A stretch of DNA of 57,609 bases from Chromera velia (taxonomy: Eukaryota), in contig JAHBMJ010000080.1 of NCBI GenBank assembly GCA_018398765.1, forward strand, positions 1 through 57,609. Reading direction: 5' to 3'. Under the pieces are notes generated by a model. The model saw nothing but the letters and a program-made list of their open reading frames with translations. It was not told the DNA's origin and ran no database searches. The translations under genes and the position numbers were made by a program. Below, one piece after another: positions 37,996-51,160 of the stretch. Position 1 is the stretch's first letter; each line of letters starts with the position of its first letter.

Positions 37996-40052
37996 TGAAA
38001 GGGTCTGTAGAGCAAGATGGATTGCTGCAGCTGGAGGAAGAGGTATTGGAGAAGAAGAGACTTATGTCAGAGAGTTGGTTTCGTTCATCTTAGACTAGAA
38101 GCCGAGGAAGGCAAGTGCATTAATCGAAGCTTGTTTGAAATTGAAATGAGTGCACGCGCATCTTGTACGGTCGTTCAGCCTTTAGCTTCAGTCTAGGCTA
38201 TGGAGGGCCATAGTTGTTCATGTTCATACGGAAGCATGCAGGCTAAGCTGCAGCGGCTTGCTCCTTTTGTTTACACTTAGGTTTACAACTGTATGCATGG
38301 GTTGCCATTTGTCTGAGTCTGGTTTCGGAGACCTTAGGCTTAACCATAATTAAGTAAATAAGTATGCACTTCGATCCACTTTAATAAGAATTACTAGAAG
38401 AATTAAATGTTGGTACCTAGCTATACCTAGCCTGGTATAGTATATTGGTACCCAGTCTGATCATGATTGATTGATTTGGACGTGCACAGTCACGGTCACA
38501 GACTCAAATGCAGAAGCGATAATGCTTAGCGATCTCGATCCTTAATTCTGCACAATTTTAAAACGACAATCAAAACGACAACAGCAGCTAGTCCTGTAAT
38601 AGGTCCTGTAGCACCATGGAAAGTAAGTTTAAGTAACGAATACATCGCTGGCGACAAGTGATCGAATGATCATGCAGATAGAAAGATTAATTGCCCAGTA
38701 CGTACACACGTAGCACGCGAGGGAGCAGGTCTTCCAGCCGGATGGACGCTGTACGCGAGGGAGTCTCCTGGCCGGATGGCTGTGCTCAGCCTGACATCAG
38801 GGATTCTTTGGGTGACGAAGGGCGGAAGGAATCAAGAAACCCCAAGACCCGCGAACTGAATAAAGCAGAAGAAGAACTTTTCCGCGGGCTTCACTCACTT
38901 ACTCCCGTCCCCCTTCCCCTGCAAGCATGCGGTTTCGACAACGTTAAAAACCAAAGTCCTTCCTTCATTCAAACACTCTCTATCTGCCACTCGACCTGAC
39001 CAGCTCGAAGACCTCCTGCCTCCCTTCCAGTCGCCCATTTTGAAGTCAGGCGAAGGCTTTGCAAGCAAGAACCACCTCATGCCCCCGGTCTCTAGCCCCG
39101 GTCTTCGTGCAGAGAGAGGGACGACGCTTTCAAATTTTTGATACGCTTTTCCTTGTTGCTGATCTCCTTTTCCCTGTTCTCTGTTTTTCTGTCCCTCTAG
39201 CTGGATGGCATCTGGTTGGGGTTTTCTTTCTGCCTGATCCCTGGCGAAAGCGATTCGCTGGGGAAGCAGGCGTTGCTTAAATAGCCCCCCCCCTCCCTGC
39301 TTCCCTCCGGTCGTCCCTCTTGCTGTCCCTTCACAGCGGTGCCATGTCCCCCATCGTCTCCTTCCCTTCTCAACCCCGTGTTCTTTCCCGTCACTGCTCG
39401 TACACACACCTGTACGTTCTGCTCCAAAACACAGAAAGAAAAGTTAGTGGAGCAAGATGAAGATAAAGAATAAAATGACGAAGTAACGGCCAACTAGCAG
39501 AATCCCCCCCCCCCCCTTTTCTGTGCGGGCGTGGTCGAATTTGGTCATCCCTCTCGGGGGCTCGCGTACGCATGCAGACACACACCCCTTATATGCGTTT
39601 TTCGCTTCGCCACCCCTTGATCACTCGCTCGATTGATCGATGGGACGGTGCGGTTTCTCTTTCTCTTGCTTGCTTGCTTTGTAATACTTCTCTCTAATGT
39701 TTGAATGAAGTCTCTTTCTGCTTTCGTTTCGTTTCTCTTTCTTCTGTGCGAGAGCACACGAAGATTCACTCACAGAATTAAAAGCTGCTACAGACAAACG
39801 AAAGAAGCGTAGGGGTGCACTTAAGAAATGTCTCATCTTCTTTTTTCTCCCGGGCCTCAGTTCACCGCCCCTTTCCCTTTCCCACGGGGCGCGCCGCCGC
39901 CGCAACCACTACGCGCGCGTCAACCGACTGAGGGGATGGATGGAACCTTGTTATTAATATGTATTAGAGGCAAGAGGAGAGAGCGAAAGAAGAGAGAATA
40001 GAAAAGAAAAGACAGGAAGGAAAGTCCGCGGGCCCATGACGACCGCGTCTTC

Positions 40053-40376
40053 ACAGATCCCTCGAACGAACTGCGGAACGAACGCTCAGGATAGATTTGA
40101 CAGGATTTTCGTTCTCAATTGTCACTACCGACCCCCCTAACAGATCCCTTGAACGAACTACAGAACGAACGCTCAGGATAGATTTGACAGGATTTTCGTT
40201 CTCAATTGTCACTACCGACCCCCCTAACAGATCCCTTGAACGAACTGCAGAACGCTCGCTCAGGATAGATTTGACAGGATTTTCGTTCTTAATTGTCACT
40301 ACCAACCCCCCTAACAGATCCCTTGAACGAACTACAGAACGAACACTCAGGATAGATTTGACAGGGTTTTCGTTCT
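40053..40376. repeat. 87-bp tandem repeat, ~3.7 copies
   Basis: Units start at 40053, 40140, 40227 and 40314. Confidence 0.92.
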
Positions 40377-43074
40377 CGTGACTACCAGGCAGAGACAGAG
40401 AGAGAAAAAACGTCTCCCTTGAATCCATCCAGTCTGTTCCAGGACACCCAACCCACCCTCTCCACGACGGTTCATTAACAATCTCTTGACACCTTCGCTC
40501 TCGCGGGTTGCAGCGGCGGTCATGAACAGATCATAAGCTCTTGACCAGAGTAGAGAGAGACCCTTTCCCGGGTTTCGATGATCCACTCCAGCCTCCCTTG
40601 CGCTCCTTCGCTTCCCCTGCATTCATGTCGTTTCGTCGTTTCGACAATGAAAAAAAAAAAAACAGACCTTCCTTCTTTACCTCCTTCGAACTTTGCCTGC
40701 CACGTGACCAGCTAGCAGACCTCCGACTTCCCTCCCAGTCGTCCATTTTGAAGTCAGGGGGTGAAAGTCAGGCGAAGGCTTTGCAAGCAAGAACCTCCTG
40801 ATACCCGCGTTCTTCGTGCTGAGGGACAACGCTTTCAAATTTGGATACACTTTCCCTCGTTTCTTATTTTCTTTTCCTTTTCCTTCTGTACGGTTGATGG
40901 CAAAGACGAAGGAGATGCGACTGATTAGTTCTCGTCTCTGTTCTTCTGCTGTAACAAAGGAAAAACAGAGAGACACTTCGGCTTTCCTTGACTAGCTCTT
41001 GAGCTCTCTGTTTACCCGTCTCCGGTCTGAGCATGCAAGTTCATCTCCCTGACCCCTTCCTTCAGCCTTGTGTTTATGGAATCTTTCCTTTCAATCTACT
41101 TTCTTTCGTTTGCCTCCACATCTTTCGGGGGAAGGGGGGGGGAAGAAAAAAGGTTCGAAGGTGGGAAAAGGCCCCGATCCTGGTTTTTCTCAGGGCAAGC
41201 GTCGATCGAAGAAAGAAGAATTGAGAGATTATAGAAAAGGGAGAGCTAGGGGCAGGTAGGTTGATCTTTTGAGTAAGAAGGAGAAGAGAACAGGATCACG
41301 AAGAAAGAATCCAAAGTAAGTAGGAGAGGGAGAAGAAGAGAGAAGGAGCATGAAGAATAAAGAATCCGAAGTAAGTGGGAGAGGGAGGAGAAGAGAGAAG
41401 GAGCATGAAGAATAAAGAATCCGAAGTAAGTAGGAGGAAGATGGAATCGAAGGAAAACGCCTTCGCAGTTTCTCCCTGCTGTTGATTCTGTGTTTTTCTC
41501 ACGCCAGTCAACGGATCACTGCGTTCTCTCGCCAGCATGAAACACAGCATCAAAAGACGCATGCATGACGCTCTGCCAGCAGGCAGAAAGGAAGCAAGGA
41601 TAAAGGAAGAAAGGGCCGCCAACAATTACGAGTCCTTTTTGCCCCCCCCACCCCATCCCTTCCGGTCCTTCTCTGTGTCCGTGGGTTATTGGAGAGAAGG
41701 AAGGGAAACAGGTTCTGGAGGGAGAGGGGAGGATTCTTCGAGACTTCCATACAGGCAGACAGACAAATATTTCGCATGGACAAACCCACACAAACAAGAC
41801 ACGCACAAGCAAGAACACACAGCCTTGTCCACAATGTCAGGCCGAATGAAATGAATGAATGAACGAATGAACCGACATGAATGCATGCATGCATGCATGC
41901 ATCGAGGCGGACCAAAAACACAAAGGCCAGAGACTGATGAGATGAGTAGGCGCACATGCAGAAACAACGCACGCTCGATGCGGTTTCAAAAAACACCCGC
42001 TCGAATAATTAATAGTCAGCAACTCTGCAGGGAGGGAAAAGATGGCTGGTTTTTTCTCTTCAAAATACCGAAAGCCTCCCTGCGAAAGCAAGCGCTGCAT
42101 TTGTATAAGTCTTTCACCTCTCTCATCTGACGCCCTGCCTGTGTCCGTTTTCTTGTTTCACCCAACGAATCTTCAAAAATGAATCCAAATTCCGTATTTT
42201 CGTGAAGTCACTACACAGATGTAGGATTAAGTCACTACGCATGAAAGCGGGCCAGCCAGCCAGCCAGCCAGCCTTAAAACAGGTCAGTGGCTACGTTCAT
42301 CGAACGAAGCGAAACCTTAAACCAGAAAAACCCTCGAGCGTAAATCCCTCTCATGTTCAGATTCAGAAAGAAGCCGTCGGTCGGTCGTCGGACGACGTTC
42401 GTTCGTTTGTTTGTTTGCTTTAAAACGGAGAAAGATGGTTGTCGGATGGATGTGCATTCAAATGCAGCAGATTCAGGCAGAAAGAATGACAAGCAGCGAT
42501 CGGGCAAGATGAGGCGCTTGCTAGAGACGAAAGACGTGCTTGACCTCGCTTTTCCCCCTCACTCCTGAGATGAAAGAGCAAGGCAAACAAGCTTTGCTTC
42601 GCTGGCCTGACCTCATCTAAGTCGTCTATGCGCTTTCATTTTTTTCGTTTGAATGAATGGATGGATGGCAACTACTTGGTTGGTTGGTTGATATATCAGA
42701 ATGCTATTGAGGAAACCCCACCACCCAGTTCATTAAACCAACTGGAGCGGTTAACTCGATGCAGCGGTTCTGTGTGGCCCTTCCCATCCAACCAACATTC
42801 ATCCATCCACCCACCCGCTTTGCTTTCTTTTTCCTTCCTTTCCCGCTCCCAGCTGCTGTCTGGACTTGTGCCTGCCGCAAACAAGAAAAAAAAAAAAAAA
42901 GCAAGATGAAGGAATGAAAGGCCGCGCGCGCAAACTTCTTTCTGACCAAGAAAGAGAGGAAAAAAGATCCCTCTGTGTTTGCTTGAACTCCCTTTCCTTC
43001 CTCCTTTTAGAAGACCCCTAAGCTTCGTTCGGTAATATTCTATCTTCTCATCCATCCATCTTTCTTTCCTTCCG

Positions 43075-44420
43075 TCATCTCTCTCCTCTTCTCATGCTCT
43101 GCTGTTGTTCTGCAAAAGCACAGTACAGAGCCGCCCCTACCCTGTCGGCGTTGCGATTTTCGAGGTCCATTCCTGGTGGCACAAAGAGGATGGGACCGAC
43201 CAAACTCTGCCAGTGGGGGGGGAGAGACGATCTGCGGGATGATGAGCATCTGTGGAGTGCCTCGGGTCTTCCTGCGTGTCTCAGTGACTGTGGCTGCTGC
43301 CCCTCTCCATCGTTGCGGCCGTCCTTTCGCTCAACTCTATGTGACTTGGCGTGCCTCACACTGTTGCGAGAGTGGTGGGCTGACGATGGCGGCACAGTCT
43401 CGTCTGATGGTGCAGGTCCTCCCCGCCCATACTCCATCCAAGAGACAGAGGCGGAAACAGGCCTTCCATTCCGATTCTCTGCTGTCGCAGCCTTGAGAAG
43501 AGACTCGACAGCCCCTGCGGAGGGGGACATCGGTAGGATTTGATGACTCTTTTCCCTTTCTGCTCCTCCTTCGGTGGTGGGATCTGCACTGAACTGCCTC
43601 GGCAACACACCAGAAAATAGTGGGGTTCCTCTGTGGGGTGGCGGTTCGATCGTCTGAAAAGGGAGCAGCTTCGGGGTGAGGGGGCCTTCTTTGGATCTGG
43701 GTACTGCTGCAGAATGATCTCCAGAGGCAGCAGAGGCAGAGGACAGACGTGCTCCTTCTCCTTCAGCAGTCGCTGGGGGAGGCGACGGCTCGGCAGAGTG
43801 ACTACTGTCAAGGACAGCAGTCTGCCGACCTTGTGAGGACGAAGAGCTGGAAAAGACACCCACAGCTGCAGCGGAATTGGGGGAAGAGATTGACGTGGGA
43901 GATGCACCAAGGGACTCTGTGGGACCCCTGTACGGATCTTTTTTTATCGTTTCACCTGCTTCCGCCTCCTCGTGGGTTGAGGAGGATGCCTCGACAGAGT
44001 CGCGAGGTGCGAGCCTGCCCTCTCTCTCCGCGGTGATACGCGCGTTGCGTTTGAGCAGATCTGGGTTGATCTCACCCAGTCTATCACAAGCTTGTTGCAA
44101 CTCTGCAATCAACAGGAGAGCAGAAGGCAAACAGAGGGAAAGACCGTGTGTGTGAGTGTGTGTGAAAGTGGGTGATCTCTTAGACCGTGACTGAAACAAA
44201 ATTTCATCAGTGCTGTCACGAGGGAAGGAGTCTTCATTGAGAACGACGAGAGGCTTCCGCGAGCAAGAGAAAAGGAAGAAGACCTGAGAACAAAACGACA
44301 AAAGGTTTTTTTTTTGCCTCAGTGGCTTTCCCATTACTGACCAGACTCTGAGTGCGCGTATGTGCACAGATTTCCTCTCTTGCAAGGGAGCCCCTGCTCC
44401 ACCAGCACCACCAGAAAGAA

Positions 44421-44461
<41 letters not shown>

Positions 44462-45836
44462 ACGCAGCAAGTTGTTGTTGATGTGAAGAGAGAACAAGAT
44501 CACTCGCTCAACAGTGTCATTCACGAAAGGGGGAGCACCGCTCAACAGTGTCATTCACGAAAGGGGGAGCACCGCTCAACAGTGTCATTCACGAAAGGGG
44601 GAGCACCGCTCAACAGTGTCATTCACGAAAGGGGGAGCACCGCTCAACAGTGTCATTCACGAAAGGGGGAGCACGGCTCAACAGTGTCATTCACGAAAGG
44701 GGGAGCACCGCTCAACAGTGTCATTCACGAAAGGGGGAGCACCGCTCAACAGTGTCATTCACGAAAGGGGGAGCACCGCTCAGTCATTCACGAAAGGGGG
44801 AGCACCGCTCAGGCCTCAGGCATATCACCAAGAATCCAATCAAAATGACAGACACGAGGGGCAAAAAGAAAAAGAAAAAGAAACGAACGAAGAGGCAGCG
44901 CTTGCTCAAGAGGTCAAGCGGAGAGAGAGACGAGACGTATAGGAATGATGAAGTGCAAGCCACACTTGTCCCAGAGACTTCTCAAGAAGGCGGCGAACAG
45001 TTTTGTCGTGCAATACCGGCAAACCGAGAAAGCCAGTGTCAAAAGCCCGAAGAGATGCCTCACTTCCTCCTTCCTCTACATTCAAGTCCCTTCTTTTCTC
45101 TTCTCTTCCTGCAGGAAAACTTTGAGTGAGCCTGCCTTCTCCATTCACATGCATTCAGCGACTTCTCTTGGACACAAACCGTGCCTCTCACCGACCCTAT
45201 CTGGCCTGTTCTACTCTCACGTCTGCGCACCCACCTTCGCGATAGAGAAGCAGAGGGACGTGTACCGAAGGTCCGGGTTATCTTTCAACTCAGCGGCGTC
45301 GTGAGCGAACCGACAGTTTGGCCCCATTCGACCTGCATTCATCAGTCCACAGCAAAGAATTAAGAGTTCGGTCACCTTCCTTTCGTGTGAGCGTATTTAC
45401 ACGACGCATCCCAAAAGCCACTGGAAAGGGAGGTGCCCAAAAGCAAAGGGAGAAAAGGTAACCAACTTCAGGGTAATTTTTCGTTGGAAGGAGACGTGAA
45501 AAATAATAAAAAGTAAACAAAAAAGGTGGCGATCATTGCCACACACGACTCTCCTTCCTTCCTGAGACTGATCCAGCCTGAAAATCGTTGAGTAGGACTA
45601 AAGTTGATGTGCAGGACGGGAAAACAGACGAAATGGAACTGACATTCCTTCTTATTATATTCCGATCCACACGAAAGGAAAAAGACGAGACTGCCACACA
45701 CTGCCTGGGAAAATCATTTCGCGGGCACACAGCCGTGCTCGAAGATTGGAAAACAGGCAAACTGACACTTGCCAACAAGGAAGTGTCGGCAAATCTTCGT
45801 TTTATGCAGGAATCCGTAGTTGTTGTCTTCCGCCAT
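43075..45836 (-). CDS. Tandem CCCH zinc-finger (RNA-binding) protein; exons 45836-45767, 45332-45235, 44393-44342, 44102-43075 (3' end uncertain)
   Basis: Spliced product MAEDNNYGFLHKTKICRHFLVGKCRMGPNCRFAH...PDLRYTSLCFSIAKGLPCKRGNLCTYAHSESEL contains two CCCH fingers. Phases are consistent. Confidence 0.85.
44505..44810. repeat. 34-bp intronic minisatellite, ~9 copies
   Basis: Unit CGCTCAACAGTGTCATTCACGAAAGGGGGAGCAC arranged head-to-tail without spacers. Confidence 0.95.
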
Positions 45837-46325
45837 CCTGGAGACTGCAGGGTCTTTTCTGGCCCGAAAAGATTTCCCCACGTTAAGAAATCAAACCAGG
45901 TTGACTCTTCGTGAGCACCCTCACGAGATCCTGGTAGGCCGCTATGGTACCAGCCGGGAATGCGCCTTTAAGGTCCAAATCTCCCCTTAAAACCAAAAAT
46001 TCATTCCCTTTCACATCAGCAAATGAAAAAGACGAAACACATTCATGCACGACGCTCAAAGAGCAGAACAAAGGGAGAAGCTGCCAAGCTTGTTCCAAAG
46101 TCTTGCCAAGGCTCAACCTCCAATCTCACGCTCTTCCGAGATCTGTGCGCCAGGATCGAAACCAGAATTCCATCAAACTTTCGCTGGGATCGAAGTCTGA
46201 TTAAAAGAGAAATGGACCTTCAGGCCCAGTCCAGGGCCCCATCGCAGTCCAGGGCCCCGATGGGGCCCCGGCAGCATTTGATTCGGGGGCTGACCAATTT
46301 CATTCGGGGGCTGCATGACCAATTT

Positions 46326-49300
46326 GGCCCGGAAAGCGTAGCTGAGGGCCACTTACAAAGAGTTGAGGTGGGAGGGCGCGTATGTCGCCGCGAATCTACG
46401 ATTAAAAAATCTGACGCACACAGATTGAATATCCCAAAAATATAGAGGTATATATCATATATAAGCTGAGAGGGCACTTATGAATAAGGGTGAGAACAAA
46501 GTTAATTCCGCTTTCCGGGCTATTCGCACAGAGTGCGTCAGATTATTTGGGGGCTGACCATGCAATTTCATTTGGGTTTGATGAATCACGCGGTATACCA
46601 CGTACACAAGTATGTGACGCACTCCATGCGAATAGCCTGGAAAACGATCAAAATTAACTCCATTTATTTTGACGTTTACTCATGTTGTGTTAGGATAGGA
46701 TAGGATAGGATAGGATTAATGTCTGGAGGATTGGCCTACTGCCCCAATGCCGAGCGCTCGACGTGCGGCATCCAGGAAAAGCGTATACACGCGTTGGTTA
46801 AGTGCCCTCTCAACTTTATTTCCGGGACATGCATCTGCGTACATCAGATTTTTCAATCGGAGATTCAGCACGCTCGACGTACATACGTGCGCTCCCACCC
46901 TAACTCCTAGCCCAACTCTTTGTAAGTGTCCCTCAGCTACGCTTTCTAGGTCATAGGGCCCCGGAAAGTTATTGTGTGGCAATCCCCCCGGTGGCCCCCC
47001 CTCCCGCGCGGGGGTCTGCACCCCACCTATACCCCCTGACGGAGACCAGCCCGGTAGTCTCCGTAATATCTACAGTGACTACCCATACCACCCCGATCTG
47101 ACGCACTCTGTACGAATGGCTCAGAAAGCGAAATTAACTTTAGACTGGAAGTGCTTGTAAGGGCTCACGGTGTATTGGCCCGCCGCCTAACCCGCTGCCG
47201 CATCTTAGTGAGATATGTGGCATGGGTGCGCTTCGTGCATTAAATTAATTCAGAGTGAGATTGACAGTTGAATATAATAACAGCGAACAACAGACTGAAT
47301 AGTAGGAGAAGAAGAGCATCCCCTCTCTATCAGTTCTCTCTCCATGAAATGATCAGATCAAATATTCTCTATTAGACTCATATACCCTTATAATTCAGTC
47401 TGGCATTTTCCTCCTGCCCGTTTCTCTTCTTCTTTTAGTTCTGCTCGTTTCTTTCCTGATGTTCCACGTACTGCTACTCGTTTGTGTGAGCGACTTCTTA
47501 CATCTCCGGAGACAGCAAACTCTGGGGATATGCAAACTTCTTCTCTCTCCCCTCAGGGTGCTGCTCAATGCAGCTTCAGTCAGGTCAACTGGAGATGCAT
47601 GCAGAGCAGAAGGGGGGGGATGAGGGGGAGGAGACAGAAGGAAAAATCGATGTGGAGGGGGACTCAGAGCCTAGAAGGGGTACCAGAAGGCAGCCTAAGA
47701 GAGAAGGAAGAGAAGAGAGAGAGGCTGTGCCACTTTCACCTGTCGCTGAAGATGTTGAGTTGGAGTAGGAAAAGGAGAGCGATGGGAATACGCTTCGTGC
47801 GCAGGAAGATAAAGGTGAGAAGGAAGTGTGTGGTACACAGGAAGATGAAGAGAAAGAAGAGGCACTGAGGGAGCATCTAGGGAAGTTAAAGGAAGAGCTC
47901 GCGCGATTCATAGAAGAAAAGAAAAAGAGGAGACGTCCTCTCACGTGGGTCGTTCCTGTTGACCCGAAAGTTGTCAAAAAAATGATGGAACATGTCAATC
48001 CTAAGAAGGGGCACATCGATGCCACTCCGGATGAGGTGGCAGAGGGATTGTTTGAAGGCGCGATGCAAAATGAGTTGGAGAGGTTCATTGAGGAAACTGT
48101 GTTTGCTCGGGGGGTGCGCATGCCTTGGGGGAGAAAGGCAATACGCTGCCGATGGGTACTCACATTGAAGAAGAAAGGAGGGAAAAGGGTAGCAAAGGCT
48201 CGGCTTGTTGTGAAGGGTTTTCAGGACGATCACAAGAATCTGCAGACGTACAGTGGCACAGCGGACTGGTGGAGTGTCCTACTTGTCCTCTCTTTTGCTT
48301 CCACCAAGGGGTAGAACTGTACCAAGTCAGATGTCCGGACTACATTTCTGACTGCAGAAATGAAAGATGATGTGTTTGTTCGCATGCCTGAGAAAATGCC
48401 TTCTGGTCTACCTTCCTGGCTGTCTGCTGGTTCTGTCTTTCGATTGAATCGTGCAATGTATGGGTTGGCTGATGTGCCTCGCCTGTACACTGATAGCTTT
48501 AGGAAGATTGCAAAAGAAGAGGGGTGGGAAGAGTTGAGAGAGAGCGTATTTATCAAGAAGGAAGAGAAGGGAGAAATCGTTGCTGTCATGGTGATGCATA
48601 TAGACGATTTACTCATCTTTGCTGCTGACCCTGTCTCTCATTTTGCGCCCATTCAGAAGAGACTGAAAATGGATGAGCCTGAAGAGTTGAAGGAAGGAGA
48701 GAGTTTCGAGTACATTGGGATGACTCTCAAGAGAACGAAGGACGGGTATGAGATCGGACAGAAGGAATACCTCGAGTCAGTCAAAATAGACGAGAGCCTT
48801 CTGCATGCAGGTCGACTGAATACATCCATCCTTAACCCTGTGCTTGCTGAGGAAGTGAAAGAAGAGCTGGTTCCTCTCATGCAGAAATGCACAGGTGTGA
48901 CAGGGTGGGTCGCTCGCACTCTCCCCTTCGTTGCTTTCCTTTTTGGTGAGTTGTCTCGTTAGTCTTCTCGTCCTTCCCCTGACAAGGTTGAGGGGGTGTT
49001 GCGTCTTCTGCTTCATGCACAGCAAACAGAAAGCCCTCTTGTGTTCACTCCCTGTCCCAATCCGAAGATTGTCCCTTTTCATGATGGTTCTTTCTCTCTG
49101 TCTCGGGGGGAAGGACGGGTAGGGTTTGAAGCATTCCTTGTAGACCAGGGTGAATCAATTGAGTCAATGCGTGAATCGAATCTCTTTGCTTGGAGGAGTA
49201 GTCAGATCAAGAGATGTCTGACTTCGAATACTTCTTCTGAGTTGTGTACACAGCATGACACAGTGAAGTGTGCATATACATGGAAGTCGTTCGTAGAGGG

Positions 49301-50081
49301 GTTGTGGCAAAAGAAAATCCCAATCGAATTTGTGACAGACTCTGCTCCTCTCATGGAGCAGCTCGAATCTGGACAGATGAAGTCGGAACCACGTTTGCAG
49401 GGCATGCTTCAGTTTGTTCGACAGGAATTGAGAGCAATGAAAGCAAAGACTCTCTGGTGTCCCACCGATCGCATGAGAGCAGACAGGCAGACAAAGTTGA
49501 AAATGACGAAAGATAAGGGCAGTCAGTATGTGCCTCCATCTCGTGTGTCTGTTGCAAAGACAGGTGCGAGACGCAAATTGATTGATTTTGCAAAGAAGGT
49601 TCAATTTGTTCGCCCTTAAGTGTTCAGTAATCCAACATTGCACTGGACATTGCATTTTGGATCAGGGGGTGATTGTAAGGGCTCAGGGTGCATTGGCCCG
49701 CCGCCTGACCCGCCGCCGCATCTTAGTGAGATATGTGGCATGGGCGCGCTTCGTGCATTAAATTAATTCAGAGTGAGATTGACAGTTGAATATAGTAACA
49801 GCGAACAACAGACTAAATAGTAGGAGAGGAGGAGCATCCCCTCTCTGTCAGTTCTCTCTCCATGAAATGATCAGATCAAGTATTCTCTATTAGACTCATA
49901 TACCCTTACAGTGCTCAAGTTTTGTTAAGTGCTCTCTCAGCAATATTTCTGGGGCAATAATAAAAATTGCATGCATCATACAGTTTTTTAATCGGATTGA
50001 AATTCAGTACGTACGTCAACATTCGAGGCATCCCACCTCAACTCTTTGTAAGTGTGCCTCAGCTATGCTTTCCGGGCCATG
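46326..50081. repeat. Cluster of multi-box cassette copies: forward 46326-46543, inverted ~46785-46968, and inverted 47096-50081 split by Copia
   Basis: Same boxes as at 16810-17030, in both orientations. Confidence 0.8.
47156..49910 (+). mobile_element. Internally deleted Ty1/Copia LTR retrotransposon (RT + RNase H only)
   Basis: 237-bp LTRs at 47156-47392 and 49674-49910 (TG...CA/TA); TSD GTGCT; purine-rich tract before the 3' LTR; motifs KARLVVKGFQ, DVRTTFL, AMYGL, HIDDLL, FHDGSF, TDS, ADRQTK; in-frame stops. Confidence 0.95.
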
Positions 50082-51160
50082 ACCACTGACTTTCCCGATC
50101 TTTCCACACACAGAACCGCTTTTCACTTTCTTTTCTCGTGCCAGCACTATCCTCATAACTACTTGAAACTATCGTAAGCGAGAAAAGCCATGGCTATCAT
50201 GCGGCTTCTGCTGCTCATTTTGTTTTATGCTGATTTTGTGGTGTTGCTCATAAATTGTAACTCCACTCTGTTTCCCGTCTTCTCAACGAGGATGCCCAAG
50301 CCCAGCAAAGACGGAGAATGGGAGCCCATTATTAATCATCATATATTATGATCTTGCAAAAGGAAGGAAGCCTAGGAGGTCATTTCCCAGAAGCGAACCG
50401 TGGAAAAGTAGGTATGCTGCTGTTCAGAATTGCCCGCAGCGAACCAGTTCAAGAGTGACGTGCATGTATGGCAGAGACCATGACTGACTAAACAGACTTT
50501 GGGAGCGCAGGGTGCAGCATCTTATTTTGCAAGGTAGAAGAGCTCCTCAGGGGGGCACCCAGTGGACACTGCTGAAAAGTGAGTGACTTTTCTAAAATAA
50601 GTCATGATGGTGCTCTCCATATCACATACAATGTCATGCATCATCATCGTCATCCCTCTTTGCCAGCTTTAAATTTGAACATATATGTCCTTCATTATGG
50701 TATTCTTTGCAGGCTGGGGCATCCCTCGGCAAATGCAGAATCAGAGCGAAGGCGCAGCTGCTTCAGCAGCAGGTCGGTGTCTGTATGCGGTGTTCTTCAT
50801 GGGTGCTCTCCGTACTATACTCTTCGTCTCTGGATAGGTGTTATGTGGTTGTGCTGAGCCTGTGCTATGCAAGATTAATTCCAAATCCCTGCTACCATCC
50901 GTTTTTGTACAGCTGCTTCTGTCACGGGTGAATGCTTGCACCTCCTGTCTTCCCTTAAAAGTTTACCTCCATCTGTCTGAATGCTTGCACCTCTGCTTAC
51001 CTCTATCTGTCTGAATGCTTGCACTTCTCCTGCCTTCAGCCCCTGCTGCCTTAAGCCTCCCCTCCTCTCCTCACTTCAATTTTCTCTTTATAGGGGATCC
51101 TGTATAAGTAAGCACCAATTTGGAGGTCCCGTCAGGGGGACTGGGGGACTCTACGGGAAT

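Noticed and set aside
40051..40428. 29-aa repeat ORFs on both strands, or a CRISPR-like array
   Set aside because: Open frames follow from the 87-bp unit length; no spacers and no gene context.
44505..44810. 34-bp repeat of CRISPR-like length
   Set aside because: Units are contiguous with no unique spacers, lie inside a spliceosomal intron, and there are no cas genes.
47585..48163. Antisense ORFs over Copia, the UGT and the LRR last exon
   Set aside because: Shadows of sense-strand coding sequence.
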